From Candidatus Eiseniibacteriota bacterium (lineage in GTDB: Bacteria > Eisenbacteria > RBG-16-71-46), in the NCBI GenBank assembly GCA_044223005.1, contig JBGAML010000005.1, forward strand, positions 32,001 through 96,000: DNA of 64,000 nucleotides, written 5' to 3'. Shown here piece after piece: positions 27,228-36,241 of this stretch. The notes below the pieces were generated by a model. The model was not told the origin of the DNA, searched no databases, and saw nothing but the letters and a program-made list of their open reading frames with translations. Position 1 is the stretch's first letter. Each line of letters opens with the position of its first letter. Position numbers and translations under genes: made by a program.

Positions 27228-27702
27228 GACGTGACCTCGGGCGGCGGAACGGCGGCGCATGTCGATCGAGCACTCGCGTCGATCGATGCGAACTCGCGCG
27301 ACGCGATCTCCACGAAGGTAGCATGGAGCCGGCGGGCCGAGCGACGCACGTCTGGAGCACTGGCTCCGAACGCGACCGCACGCGCTCGCCCGGCCACGAG
27401 TTCGTGCGCCGGCTCGCGCTCGTGTCCCGAGCCCCAGCGCCGGGCGATCGCCGAACCCGGGGTCCCGCACCTCGGCGCAGGGGGCCCGGCCGCGTCCCGA
27501 CGCGAGCCACCCCGCGGCCGACGGAGTTCGCCGGCCCGCCCGAACGCTGTTTGCGAGGCGTACACCTCCTCGGTCAGCGGGACCCGCCCCGGAAAAGTTC
27601 CTTGTGATCCGGACGCTCGGAGTGGATTTCACTTTCAAGGCCTCGTCTCGCCCCGCGCTCGCTTCGGATCGGTCCATCGCCTTCCACCTCGGGAGATGTG
27701 TC

Positions 27703-28236
27703 ATGCGCCGCCCATCCCGTTTCGCACCCTGGATCGCCTGGATCCCCGGGCTCGTCCTCACCTGCCTCGCCTGTGCCGACGTGGGCGCTGCGGAGGGCGT
27801 CGCACGCCGGAACACCCCCACTCGTGCTCCGGCCGGCGCCGCGTCGCTGACGCTGTCGCCGGGCTGGACGCTCACCGACTACGAACTCCTGCCGCCTCCC
27901 GCGACCGACGCCGCCCCGGTGCGCCCCCGGCGCACGACGCCGTTCGGCCGCACGCTGGATTCGCTGGTCGCGGACCGCGAGCTACGCCTGGCCGTGATTC
28001 GCGACCGGCTCGCGTCGACGCCGCCCGGTGACGCGCGCGAAGCCCTGCACCGCGAAGGCGCCGAGATCAAGGATGCGTTCGACCTCGCGCTGCTCGACGC
28101 GCAGCGAGGCGAGGCGTTGGCGCGCGGTCGCATCGACGCCGTACGGGAGATCGACCGGATGCGTGCCGCGCTCGCCGGGCTGCGCGCCGCCCGGCACGCC
28201 GGTGAGAGGCGCACGATCACCGGGAGCGCGCGATGA
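27703..28236 (+). CDS. Hypothetical exported helical protein, translationally coupled to the protease
   Basis: GGGAG RBS; signal-like N-terminus; helical C-half; ATGA overlap at 28233-28236. Confidence 0.65.
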   Translation: MRRPSRFAPWIAWIPGLVLTCLACADVGAAEGVARRNTPTRAPAGAASLTLSPGWTLTDYELLPPPATDAAPVRPRRTTPFGRTLDSLVADRELRLAVIRDRLASTPPGDAREALHREGAEIKDAFDLALLDAQRGEALARGRIDAVREIDRMRAALAGLRAARHAGERRTITGSAR

Positions 28237-31200
28237 GCGGGTCACGCGGCCTCCTTGCCGGCGTCCTGGCATTGCTGTTCGCGATCTCCTCCGTGGCGCC
28301 GCGAGCGGGCGCCACCGTGTCCTCGGGCCCTGCCGTCCTCCTCGATTCACTCTCGGCCCTGGTCGAGGGGCGTGGGGGAGTGCTGCGCCTCTCGCTGCAT
28401 GGCGGCGTCGGCTCCTTGCGTGGGATCGAGGTCCTGCGCGACGGCGTTCCCTGCGCGGTCCGCGGGGCGAGCGAGGCGTCGCTCGGCAGCACCGTCCCGC
28501 TGGATTTCGAAGTCCCCGGCGGTTCACCGGTGAGCGAGGTCATCGTTCGCGGCACGCTCGAGGGCCGTCCCTTCGCGCAGCGCTTCGACCTCCACGCGAC
28601 CGGCATCGCGCGAGCCCTGGCGCAGGCCTCGGACCCGCGGCGCGACCTCCAGCTGCAGGCGCCTCGCCCGGCCTCCGCGACCGCTGCGACCGCCTCCACG
28701 ATCCGCGTGCATGGTTCGCTCGGTGTGCTCCGGCCCGATGGCCGCGTCGTGCCCGCCGAAGGCGCTTACCTGCGGGTATTCGAGGCGTCGCCGCCCCGGG
28801 CGAGGGTGTTGCTCGCGGGCTACGGCTACACGGACTCCACGGGCGCATTCGACTTCACCGTGGCGTGGACCGAGCCGTACGTCCCGCAGCTCGCGGTCGC
28901 GGCCTTCGCGCACGCGAGCGATTCGATGGTCGTCCTCGCTCCGGATGGCGGGGAGATCGCCTTCCTCACGCCGTACCGGGCCGTTCCGGGCAGCGACCTG
29001 AGCCTCTCGTCGCTCACCATCCTCGAACGCTCGGGCCCGGCGTTCTACCTGCTCACGCTTCTCGAGGAGATCCGCCGCTGGAGCACCCGGCTCGGCTTCC
29101 GGCCGCCGGCCGTCAAGACCTACCTGGGCATGCCCTCGACGTACGAGCAGAACGGTTTCGGCATCGCCGTCGCGGACGATGATCGGTGGAGCGAGTGGGT
29201 GATCGCGCACGAATACGCCCACCACTGGTCCGCGACGTTCAACCCCGGCGCCAGCGTGGACACGTATGCGAACGGGGTCTGCGATGGTGCGGGGGGCAAC
29301 GAGGACGGCCACTGCATCTGGTGCGCCGAAACCGCACGCGTCGCCTGGCTCGAGGGTTTCGCCGACTACTTCGCCGACCGCTTCACGGAGCAGAAGACGG
29401 GCTATGCCGCGCTGCCGCTGACCGGGGATCTCCCGACGGGCGGACTCGAGGCCATCCAGGAGTGCGTCGAGCCGGGGGGAGCGAGTTCGCCCGGAAGCAA
29501 GATCGAGGGCCGGGTCGGTGCCGTGCTCTACGATCTCGCCGACTCGGCGCCCGACGTGACGCCGGTCGTCCCGGTCGGAGGCGATCGCATCGCCTACGGA
29601 GACGCCGCGATCCTCCAGTTCGTCAACACGACCAACCCGTCGACGATCTGGACCTTCATGCACGCCGAGGTCGCGGCGCACCCCGCCGACGCGCACGACC
29701 TCTGGTTGACGGCGATCAACGACAGCCTCGACTTCGACGAGGCTCCACCCGCCGTCCCGGGCACGCTCACTTGCACGGACCACACTGCAGCTCCGAGCAC
29801 GGACGCCACGCTCAACATGACGTGGACGCGCCCCGACGACGACGGCTCCGGCGTGGTGGCGTACGCGTACGCGGTCGGCCTCGGCGCGCCGCCCGCGGTG
29901 CCGACGACCGCCAATCTCGGGGACGTGACGTCGTGGGCGAGCCAGCCGCTGAGCCCGGGCAACTGGTACTTCGGCATTCGCGCCGTGGACGGCACCGGCC
30001 ACTGGGGCCCGACGGCGACCGCCGGTCCCTTCGGGATCGGGCCTCTGGGGGCCCCGGACCTTCAACCGTATACGCCGGACGGGTGGGCCGGCTCCTTCGT
30101 TCCGCGCGCGACCGCGGACGCCGGAGAGTCGAACGTGATCGCGCCCACGGCACCCTTGCCGGCCGCACCGGCTGCGATCTACGTCAACTTCGCGTGGGCC
30201 AACTTTGCCGCGGCGAGCTCGCCCGCGCCGCGGGTCAACCTCATCGTCAACGACCCCGGCGACTACAACGGGTCACTCTTCTACTCGGGCGCGGCACTGC
30301 CTGCCCTCACGTACAGCGACGTGATCAACGTGCCGTTGACCGGCCTCGCCGGCCAACGCGGCACGATGGGCATCTACGTCGACGGGATCGGCGCGATCGC
30401 CGAGAGCAACGAGACGGACAACACCTATGCTCGCCAGTGGGTCATCCAGCCCCTCAACCTGACGGGCGCCGGGCTGGTGCGGCGCTCGCGCCCGATGCTC
30501 GCCCTCGCGTCGCGTCCCGACCTACCTGCAGGGGCGCCGCCCTATCCGAACGTCGCGGGCTTCACCTTCACGCCCTCGACGCGATTCAACGCGGTCACAC
30601 TGCGATCGAAGCGGGGGGCCGACTACGACCTCCGGCTCTATCCGCCGAGCACGAGTGCGGACTCCGGGCTCGGCATTCCCGTCGCCGCATCCGAGCGCGT
30701 CGGCGACCTCGACGCGATCTTCGTGGACCGAGACCAGCCGGGAAACAACCATCCCTGGGACGTCGGCGTCCTGCGCTATGTCAACGCGGCGGTGGACGAT
30801 TCGCTCTATGTCGAGCACGTTCCTTCGCAGACCATCGCGTGGAACGCGCCGACGGCGGTGGCGTTCGGGCAGGACGAATCGCTGCGCCTGATCGAGGTCC
30901 CGGTGCCTGCGGGCGACCTCGATGTGGCGTACCAGGTCCAGGTGGGTGGCGCCACGCCGGCGACGACGCCGGTTCGCATCGCTCGCGTCGAGGATTTCCG
31001 CGGCCCGATCTTACCGCTCGCGAGCCTGCCGAATCAGGCGGCGAGCGGAGCAGACGGGCTGGCGCGCATCGTGGAGCATCGATCCACCAATGCGGTGTTC
31101 ACCGAGTGCCTCGCGGTCTACCGAGAGGCGTGGTTCGGGACCGGACCGCTCACCGTCACGGTGACGGTGCGGCCCGCGACCGCGGCGGTGGCCGCGCAGG

Positions 31201-32648
31201 CCCCGCCCGGATGGTACTCGCCGCTGGTGCCGCGCCCCGCAGCGGACGGCAGCGACCTGTCGGTACCGTCGCCCGCGATCCTGCAGGGGGACGCCGCGGG
31301 AACATGGCTCAACTTCGCCGTCGCGAACGCCAGCGAGTTCTCGCCGTTGGCGCCGCCTCGGATCGAGACGGCGGCCGCCGCGGCGACGGCCGCGGCCTTC
31401 GACGTCGTCGTCCATCTCGACGGCGTGCGGCTCACGAGCGCCGCCTCCAACCCGCTCGCGACGGGTCCATACCAGTTCTTCCACCCGGCCGTCCCGTACG
31501 CCGTGCGCGGCGGACGCCACACGCTGACGTTCGCGGCGGATTCCGCGCACGTCCTCACGGGCTCGAACGCCACGAACGACATCTATGGCCAGTCCTGGGT
31601 CTGGACGCCGGCGACGCTGGCGCCGGGCTCGGTCACCACGCGCACGGCGCCGCCCGATCCCGCGGGCGGCTTCGCGGAACTCCGGGCCGAGCCGTACGGA
31701 TTCGCCGACTGCGACGGACTGCGACTGCCGGCACCGGTATTCGCCGGGCAGAACGGACGCTGGCAGGCGTTCGCCGCGGTTCCGGGCGCCGCGAGCGCAC
31801 TGCGCCTCGATGCGTTCGAGGCCTCGACCGGCGCCACGTCGGGCTTCGACACGACGCGCGCGACCTGCCTGAAGCCGGTGGGTGAGACCGGGTACCTGCT
31901 CGGCGACTTCATCACGGCGACGCCGCGGGCGTTCGACGTGGGCATCCAGAACGCTGGCGGAGGCGAGAACTTCACCGCCGAGACCGCCGCGTCCACGTTC
32001 CTCGCGACCCATCCCGCGGGCAGCTACGGGCCGTTCGCGATTGCCGCCGGGCACGCCATCGCCGTGCACGACGTCCAGCTTCCGGCGGGCGTCACGCGCG
32101 TCACCCTCGTGCCCGGCACCGGCGCGGTCGACTGGGGGCTCGCGATCCACCCGGCCGATTCGACGTTCCAGTCACCCGCATCGATCGCGGAGAACATGAC
32201 GTCCTGGCTCGCTCCGGCGGGACAGCCCGAGGTCGCGTCCGCCGTGGTTCCGGCCGCCGGGCGCTACGCGCTGGTCGTATGGAAGCACGGCGCGAGCGAC
32301 CTCGCGACGCCGGGCAGCTACTCGCTCGCGTTCGCGGCCACCGCGCTGCCGGCACCGCCGCCGGAGTTGCCCGCGGCCAGCGGACTCCGACGCGTGTCAC
32401 CGAACCCCACGGCCGACCGGCTCACGATCGAGTTCGACGTCGCGCGATCCGGGGGGGCCGTGCTGGAGGTGTACGACGTCCACGGAGCGCGCGTCGCGAG
32501 CCTCGTGCGCGGAGCGCTCGCCGTCGGCCACCACGTGCGCACCTGGAACGGCCGCACGGCGGAAGGCGCGGTGGCGAAGTCGGGCGTCTACTTCGTCCGG
32601 CTCGTGACACCCGAGGGAACGAGCGCTCGCCGGATCGTGCGCCTCTGA
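28233..32648 (+). CDS. Large secreted zinc metalloprotease (HEXXH+E) with FN3/CARDB-like modules and FlgD-Ig/T9SS-like tail
   Basis: Signal peptide; VIAHEYAHHW ... WLEGFADY; WTRPDDDGSGV..WYFGIRAVD (FN3); IAESNETDN (CARDB-like); tail PNP..YDVHGARV..WNGRT..SGVYFVRL. Confidence 0.85.
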   Translation: MSGSRGLLAGVLALLFAISSVAPRAGATVSSGPAVLLDSLSALVEGRGGVLRLSLHGGVGSLRGIEVLRDGVPCAVRGASEASLGSTVPLDFEVPGGSPVSEVIVRGTLEGRPFAQRFDLHATGIARALAQASDPRRDLQLQAPRPASATAATASTIRVHGSLGVLRPDGRVVPAEGAYLRVFEASPPRARVLLAGYGYTDSTGAFDFTVAWTEPYVPQLAVAAFAHASDSMVVLAPDGGEIAFLTPYRAVPGSDLSLSSLTILERSGPAFYLLTLLEEIRRWSTRLGFRPPAVKTYLGMPSTYEQNGFGIAVADDDRWSEWVIAHEYAHHWSATFNPGASVDTYANGVCDGAGGNEDGHCIWCAETARVAWLEGFADYFADRFTEQKTGYAALPLTGDLPTGGLEAIQECVEPGGASSPGSKIEGRVGAVLYDLADSAPDVTPVVPVGGDRIAYGDAAILQFVNTTNPSTIWTFMHAEVAAHPADAHDLWLTAINDSLDFDEAPPAVPGTLTCTDHTAAPSTDATLNMTWTRPDDDGSGVVAYAYAVGLGAPPAVPTTANLGDVTSWASQPLSPGNWYFGIRAVDGTGHWGPTATAGPFGIGPLGAPDLQPYTPDGWAGSFVPRATADAGESNVIAPTAPLPAAPAAIYVNFAWANFAAASSPAPRVNLIVNDPGDYNGSLFYSGAALPALTYSDVINVPLTGLAGQRGTMGIYVDGIGAIAESNETDNTYARQWVIQPLNLTGAGLVRRSRPMLALASRPDLPAGAPPYPNVAGFTFTPSTRFNAVTLRSKRGADYDLRLYPPSTSADSGLGIPVAASERVGDLDAIFVDRDQPGNNHPWDVGVLRYVNAAVDDSLYVEHVPSQTIAWNAPTAVAFGQDESLRLIEVPVPAGDLDVAYQVQVGGATPATTPVRIARVEDFRGPILPLASLPNQAASGADGLARIVEHRSTNAVFTECLAVYREAWFGTGPLTVTVTVRPATAAVAAQAPPGWYSPLVPRPAADGSDLSVPSPAILQGDAAGTWLNFAVANASEFSPLAPPRIETAAAAATAAAFDVVVHLDGVRLTSAASNPLATGPYQFFHPAVPYAVRGGRHTLTFAADSAHVLTGSNATNDIYGQSWVWTPATLAPGSVTTRTAPPDPAGGFAELRAEPYGFADCDGLRLPAPVFAGQNGRWQAFAAVPGAASALRLDAFEASTGATSGFDTTRATCLKPVGETGYLLGDFITATPRAFDVGIQNAGGGENFTAETAASTFLATHPAGSYGPFAIAAGHAIAVHDVQLPAGVTRVTLVPGTGAVDWGLAIHPADSTFQSPASIAENMTSWLAPAGQPEVASAVVPAAGRYALVVWKHGASDLATPGSYSLAFAATALPAPPPELPAASGLRRVSPNPTADRLTIEFDVARSGGAVLEVYDVHGARVASLVRGALAVGHHVRTWNGRTAEGAVAKSGVYFVRLVTPEGTSARRIVRL

Positions 32649-32655
32649 TTCGCCG

Positions 32656-32686
32656 GAAGGGCCCGCGTGCAACTCGCGGGCCCTTC
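32656..32686 (+). terminator. Hairpin terminator
   Basis: GAAGGGCCCGCG-TGCAACT-CGCGGGCCCTTC. Confidence 0.65.
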
Positions 32687-32764
32687 GCGTCGCGGCCGCG
32701 CGCGGAGCGGCGTATCCTGCGACCAGCAGGTGTCTCCGGAGTTCGCACCACACGGGAGGTTGTC

Positions 32765-33517
32765 ATGGTCGCCGGCCGCGTCGTCCGCTCGATCCTCGTC
32801 CTCATCGCGCTGGCGCTCCCTGCCCGCGCCCACGCCATGCTCGTCGTCATCGCTCCGCATCCGGACGACGGCGAGGCGTCGTGCGGGGGGCTGATCGCCA
32901 ACACGGTCGCGGCGGGGGAGAGCGTCGTGGTGCTGACGATGACCGGTGGCGAACTCGCCGTGTACCAGAAGTCGCACGCCGAGGCGCGCGCGATCCGCGA
33001 AGAGGAGCAGCGCAAGGCGGCGGGCGTGCTCGGCGCGCGCGCGGAGTTCTTCGGCGGCATGGACGGATCGCTCGTCGTGGACGCGGCCAACACCGCACAC
33101 CTCGCGCAGATGCTGGCCCGACTGCGGCCGCGCGTCGTCGTGGCGCCGTGGCCCATGGACGTCCACGCCGATCACCAGGCGGCGGGTCTGCTGGCCTGGC
33201 GCGTGTTCCAGGATCCGTCCCTGCACTTCGATCTCTTCTTCTACGAGACGAGCAACAGCCCGCACACGGTGACGTTCGGCTTCGTGCCGACGGATTACGT
33301 CGACATCACCCGCGTGCTCGAGAAGAAGCGGGACGCAACATACGAGCACCGCACGCAGGGGCCCGCGGACTGGTTCGGGATGTACGTCGAGATGGCGACG
33401 TTCCGGGGCTACGAGGCCGACGTGAAGTACGCCGAAGCGTACCTGCACGCGCGCAACTCCTCGGGCATGGGCGGGCGCGCCGCGGCGACCGCGAAGACGC
33501 TCACCGGCAGGCCCTGA
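32765..33517 (+). CDS. PIG-L/LmbE family deacetylase, apparently with signal peptide
   Basis: GGGAGG RBS; APHPDD, GGLIA, R..EQRKAA..LG, DVHADH, YVDIT. Confidence 0.88.
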   Translation: MVAGRVVRSILVLIALALPARAHAMLVVIAPHPDDGEASCGGLIANTVAAGESVVVLTMTGGELAVYQKSHAEARAIREEEQRKAAGVLGARAEFFGGMDGSLVVDAANTAHLAQMLARLRPRVVVAPWPMDVHADHQAAGLLAWRVFQDPSLHFDLFFYETSNSPHTVTFGFVPTDYVDITRVLEKKRDATYEHRTQGPADWFGMYVEMATFRGYEADVKYAEAYLHARNSSGMGGRAAATAKTLTGRP

Positions 33518-33542
33518 GTTCGGCCGCGCGAACAGCCTCAAG

Positions 33543-33578
33543 CGCGAGTGGCGCGGCCTCGCGGCCGCGCCACTCGCG
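33543..33578. terminator. Perfect 16-bp hairpin between convergent genes
   Basis: CGCGAGTGGCGCGGCC-TCGC-GGCCGCGCCACTCGCG. Confidence 0.7.
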
Positions 33579-33601
33579 TGAAGCAGATCGGATCGGTCCG
33601 C

Positions 33602-34273
33602 CTAGCGGTACAGGGCCTTCAGCTGACCCCAGGTGCTGTTCTGCGTCGGCGTCGCGGCGAGCGGGCCGACGACGACCGCGCCGTAGGGCGCCACGTCCGT
33701 CACCCACACGTTCGGGCCGGTCATCTGGAATCCGTACTGCACGTGACGGCCCGGGTCGTTGATCGTGTTGAGGGTGATCGCGAAGTTCCCCGAGGCCGGC
33801 AGGACGACGAACTGGTCGACCGACGACGAGTAGTCCGGTGCGAAGTCACGGATGAACGCGCGCGCCACGTGCGAGACGGCGAGGTTGTTCGAGATCACCG
33901 TGCCCGTGAACGTGAGCGACTGGCCGGGGTACACGCCGTTCGTCTCGACGTACATGTTCGCTTCCATGATCTTGTTGCCCTGGGCGCCGGGACCGCCGCC
34001 ACCGATGTACCAGTAGGGATTCGGGTCGCCGATCGTGTTCGGGCTCAGGCGCAGGTCGTTGCCCGTGAACGAGGCGCACAGGTCCGCCGTGCCCCACACG
34101 CTGCCGAACTGGTAGGCGCCGCCGTCGCCCGGCAGGTTGAACACGTTCATGTAGCCGACGTACGGGTCGCTGCCCGCCACCGTCACCGTCGCCGCGAACG
34201 CCGACGCGGCGAGGATCGCCGACGCCACCAGCGCACCGGCCACCACGCGCTTCAGCTGGTTGCCAATCGTCAT
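33602..34273 (-). CDS. Secreted beta-rich protein with TWGxLKxxYR tail
   Basis: GAGGAGG RBS; signal peptide ending SAFA; ends PTQNSTWGQLKALYR. Confidence 0.88.
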   Translation of the reverse strand: MTIGNQLKRVVAGALVASAILAASAFAATVTVAGSDPYVGYMNVFNLPGDGGAYQFGSVWGTADLCASFTGNDLRLSPNTIGDPNPYWYIGGGGPGAQGNKIMEANMYVETNGVYPGQSLTFTGTVISNNLAVSHVARAFIRDFAPDYSSSVDQFVVLPASGNFAITLNTINDPGRHVQYGFQMTGPNVWVTDVAPYGAVVVGPLAATPTQNSTWGQLKALYR

Positions 34274-34781
34274 GGATGCTTCCTCCTCATGGAGCCTGCG
34301 TGTCGGGGCTGGAGCCCCGCTCGGCCACGCGCCTCGATGACTAGGGAGAGGAGCGTTGCCCGGGTGCGAAACCTGTCTCCGGAATCCGTGAGTTCATGCG
34401 GACGCCGGAATTTCGTGAGACATGGCGGAAACTGCATCGATCGGCGCGAGCGATCCGTGCCCCAGGACGTTCGGGAACACGAGATCACCCGACGACAGCG
34501 AGAAGTCTAGGCTATGTTCGTGCGGCGAACAAAGTCCTATTTTCAGCTGTTTCGGTACGCGCCGCCCGGGCGACGGAGTGCCGATGGGTGGCTCGAACGA
34601 TTCCTCATGTGACGGCTGCAACGCGCAGGTGCACAACACACTGCGGCCGTCGGAGCCGCCCCACTGGAACGCCGACGAACGTTGCGAGTTGCCGGAACGC
34701 GATTCCTGCCGGTGGTTCGGCTTGGACGCCGTGAGTCGCTTGCGTAGGTTTCGCGCCGGGGGCACTCCCCGCGGAGGGCAC

Positions 34782-35570
34782 GTGCACGACGAGCCGAACG
34801 ATCAAGGACCGACCGAGCTCCACGAGATGGACCCGACGGGCCGATTCACGGACCGGGCCTCGGACTACGTGCTTCACCGGCCCGACTACCCGGCCGCCGC
34901 GATCGATCACGTGCTCGCCGGGCTCGGAGACCCGGTGCGACTCGTCGTCGCCGACGTGGGCGCCGGAACGGGAATCTCGGCGCGCCAGGTCGCGGCGCGC
35001 GGTGCGCGCGTGCTCGCCGTCGAACCCAACGCCGCGATGCGCGCGGCGGCGACCCCCGGCCCGCGGATCGAGTGGCGCGAGGGGACGGCGGAGGCGACGG
35101 GCCTCGACCCGAAGAGCGTGCACCTCGTGCTCTGCGCACAGGCCTTCCACTGGTTCCGGCAGCGAGAGGCGCTCGCGGAGTTCCACCGCATCCTGCGTCC
35201 GGGTGGCCGGCTCGCCCTGGTGTGGAACGCGCGGGATCACGGAGATCCGCTGACGCGCGGCTACATCGAGGCCATCCACGCCGTGGGCGGCGAGCACCCC
35301 GCCGAACGCCGCGAGTTCGACCCGACCGTGGTGACCGCCGAGGGCCTGTTCACGCCTCCGGCACTGGCCACGGCGCCGCACGCACAGGAGCTCGACCTCG
35401 AAGGCCTGATCGGCCGCGCGACGAGCGCCTCCTACGTGCCGAAGGAAGGCGCCGCGTTCACCGAGCTGCGATCGCGCCTCGTCGCGCTCCACGCCGCGCA
35501 CGCGGATGCGGGCGGACGCGTGCGCATGCGCTACGTGACGCGCGTCCACCTCGCCACGCGTCTCGACTGA
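34782..35570 (+). CDS. Class I SAM-dependent methyltransferase
   Basis: GGAGG RBS before GTG; RFTDRASDYVLHRPDYP, ADVGAGTG, VEPNAAM, AQAFHWF. Confidence 0.9.
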   Translation: MHDEPNDQGPTELHEMDPTGRFTDRASDYVLHRPDYPAAAIDHVLAGLGDPVRLVVADVGAGTGISARQVAARGARVLAVEPNAAMRAAATPGPRIEWREGTAEATGLDPKSVHLVLCAQAFHWFRQREALAEFHRILRPGGRLALVWNARDHGDPLTRGYIEAIHAVGGEHPAERREFDPTVVTAEGLFTPPALATAPHAQELDLEGLIGRATSASYVPKEGAAFTELRSRLVALHAAHADAGGRVRMRYVTRVHLATRLD

Positions 35571-35586
35571 CGCGCCGCGCGCGCGA

Positions 35587-36171
35587 TCAGCGCCGCCGCA
35601 CGCCGCCCCGCACCCGCGCACCGCAAGGCAGGGTGGCGTCGCCGGACGGCAACGGGACCGGACGCGCCGCGCGCACGTATTCGAGGTCCGTCGCGTCCGC
35701 GGTGCTCCCGGGGAGCGCGCGCAGCCGCGAGAACCCGAGCGCCTCGAGCACGCCGATCGAACGCGCGTTGCGCGCGTCGACGCGTGCGAGGATGCAGCGC
35801 GTGCCGAACGTGGCGCCGAGATGCTCGATCACCGCGCGCACGGCTTCGCGCGCGTAGCCGTGCCCCCACGCGTCGCGGAACAGCACGTACGCCACGTGCG
35901 CCGTGGCGTCCTCGTGCACCGTGGCCTGGACCCAGCCGACCGGGCGGTCACCCGCCGCGCGCCACACGGCCCAGTTGCACCAGCGCTCGCCGCCGGTTTC
36001 CGGCCCCGCCGCCCAGCGCGCGATGCGGGCCGCGAGGGCGGGCAGGTCGGTCGGCGGGCGCTCGTCGAGGAAGTGATAGAGGTCGGGGTCCGAGAGTCCC
36101 CGGTACCAATCGGGCGCGTGCGCCGGGCGGAGCGGCTCCAGCCGCAGCCGCTGCGTCGTGAGGATCGCCAT
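35587..36171 (-). CDS. GNAT acetyltransferase, RimJ/RimL family
   Basis: LTTQRLRLEPL; WGHGYAREA; NARSIGVLEALGF. Confidence 0.88.
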   Translation of the reverse strand: MAILTTQRLRLEPLRPAHAPDWYRGLSDPDLYHFLDERPPTDLPALAARIARWAAGPETGGERWCNWAVWRAAGDRPVGWVQATVHEDATAHVAYVLFRDAWGHGYAREAVRAVIEHLGATFGTRCILARVDARNARSIGVLEALGFSRLRALPGSTADATDLEYVRAARPVPLPSGDATLPCGARVRGGVRRR

Positions 36172-36241
36172 CGTCGTTCGTCTCCGCCGGCAGGCTGCAC
36201 GCCCCGGCGGCTCGGGGCGTGCGGACGTTGGCGGACTCGTC

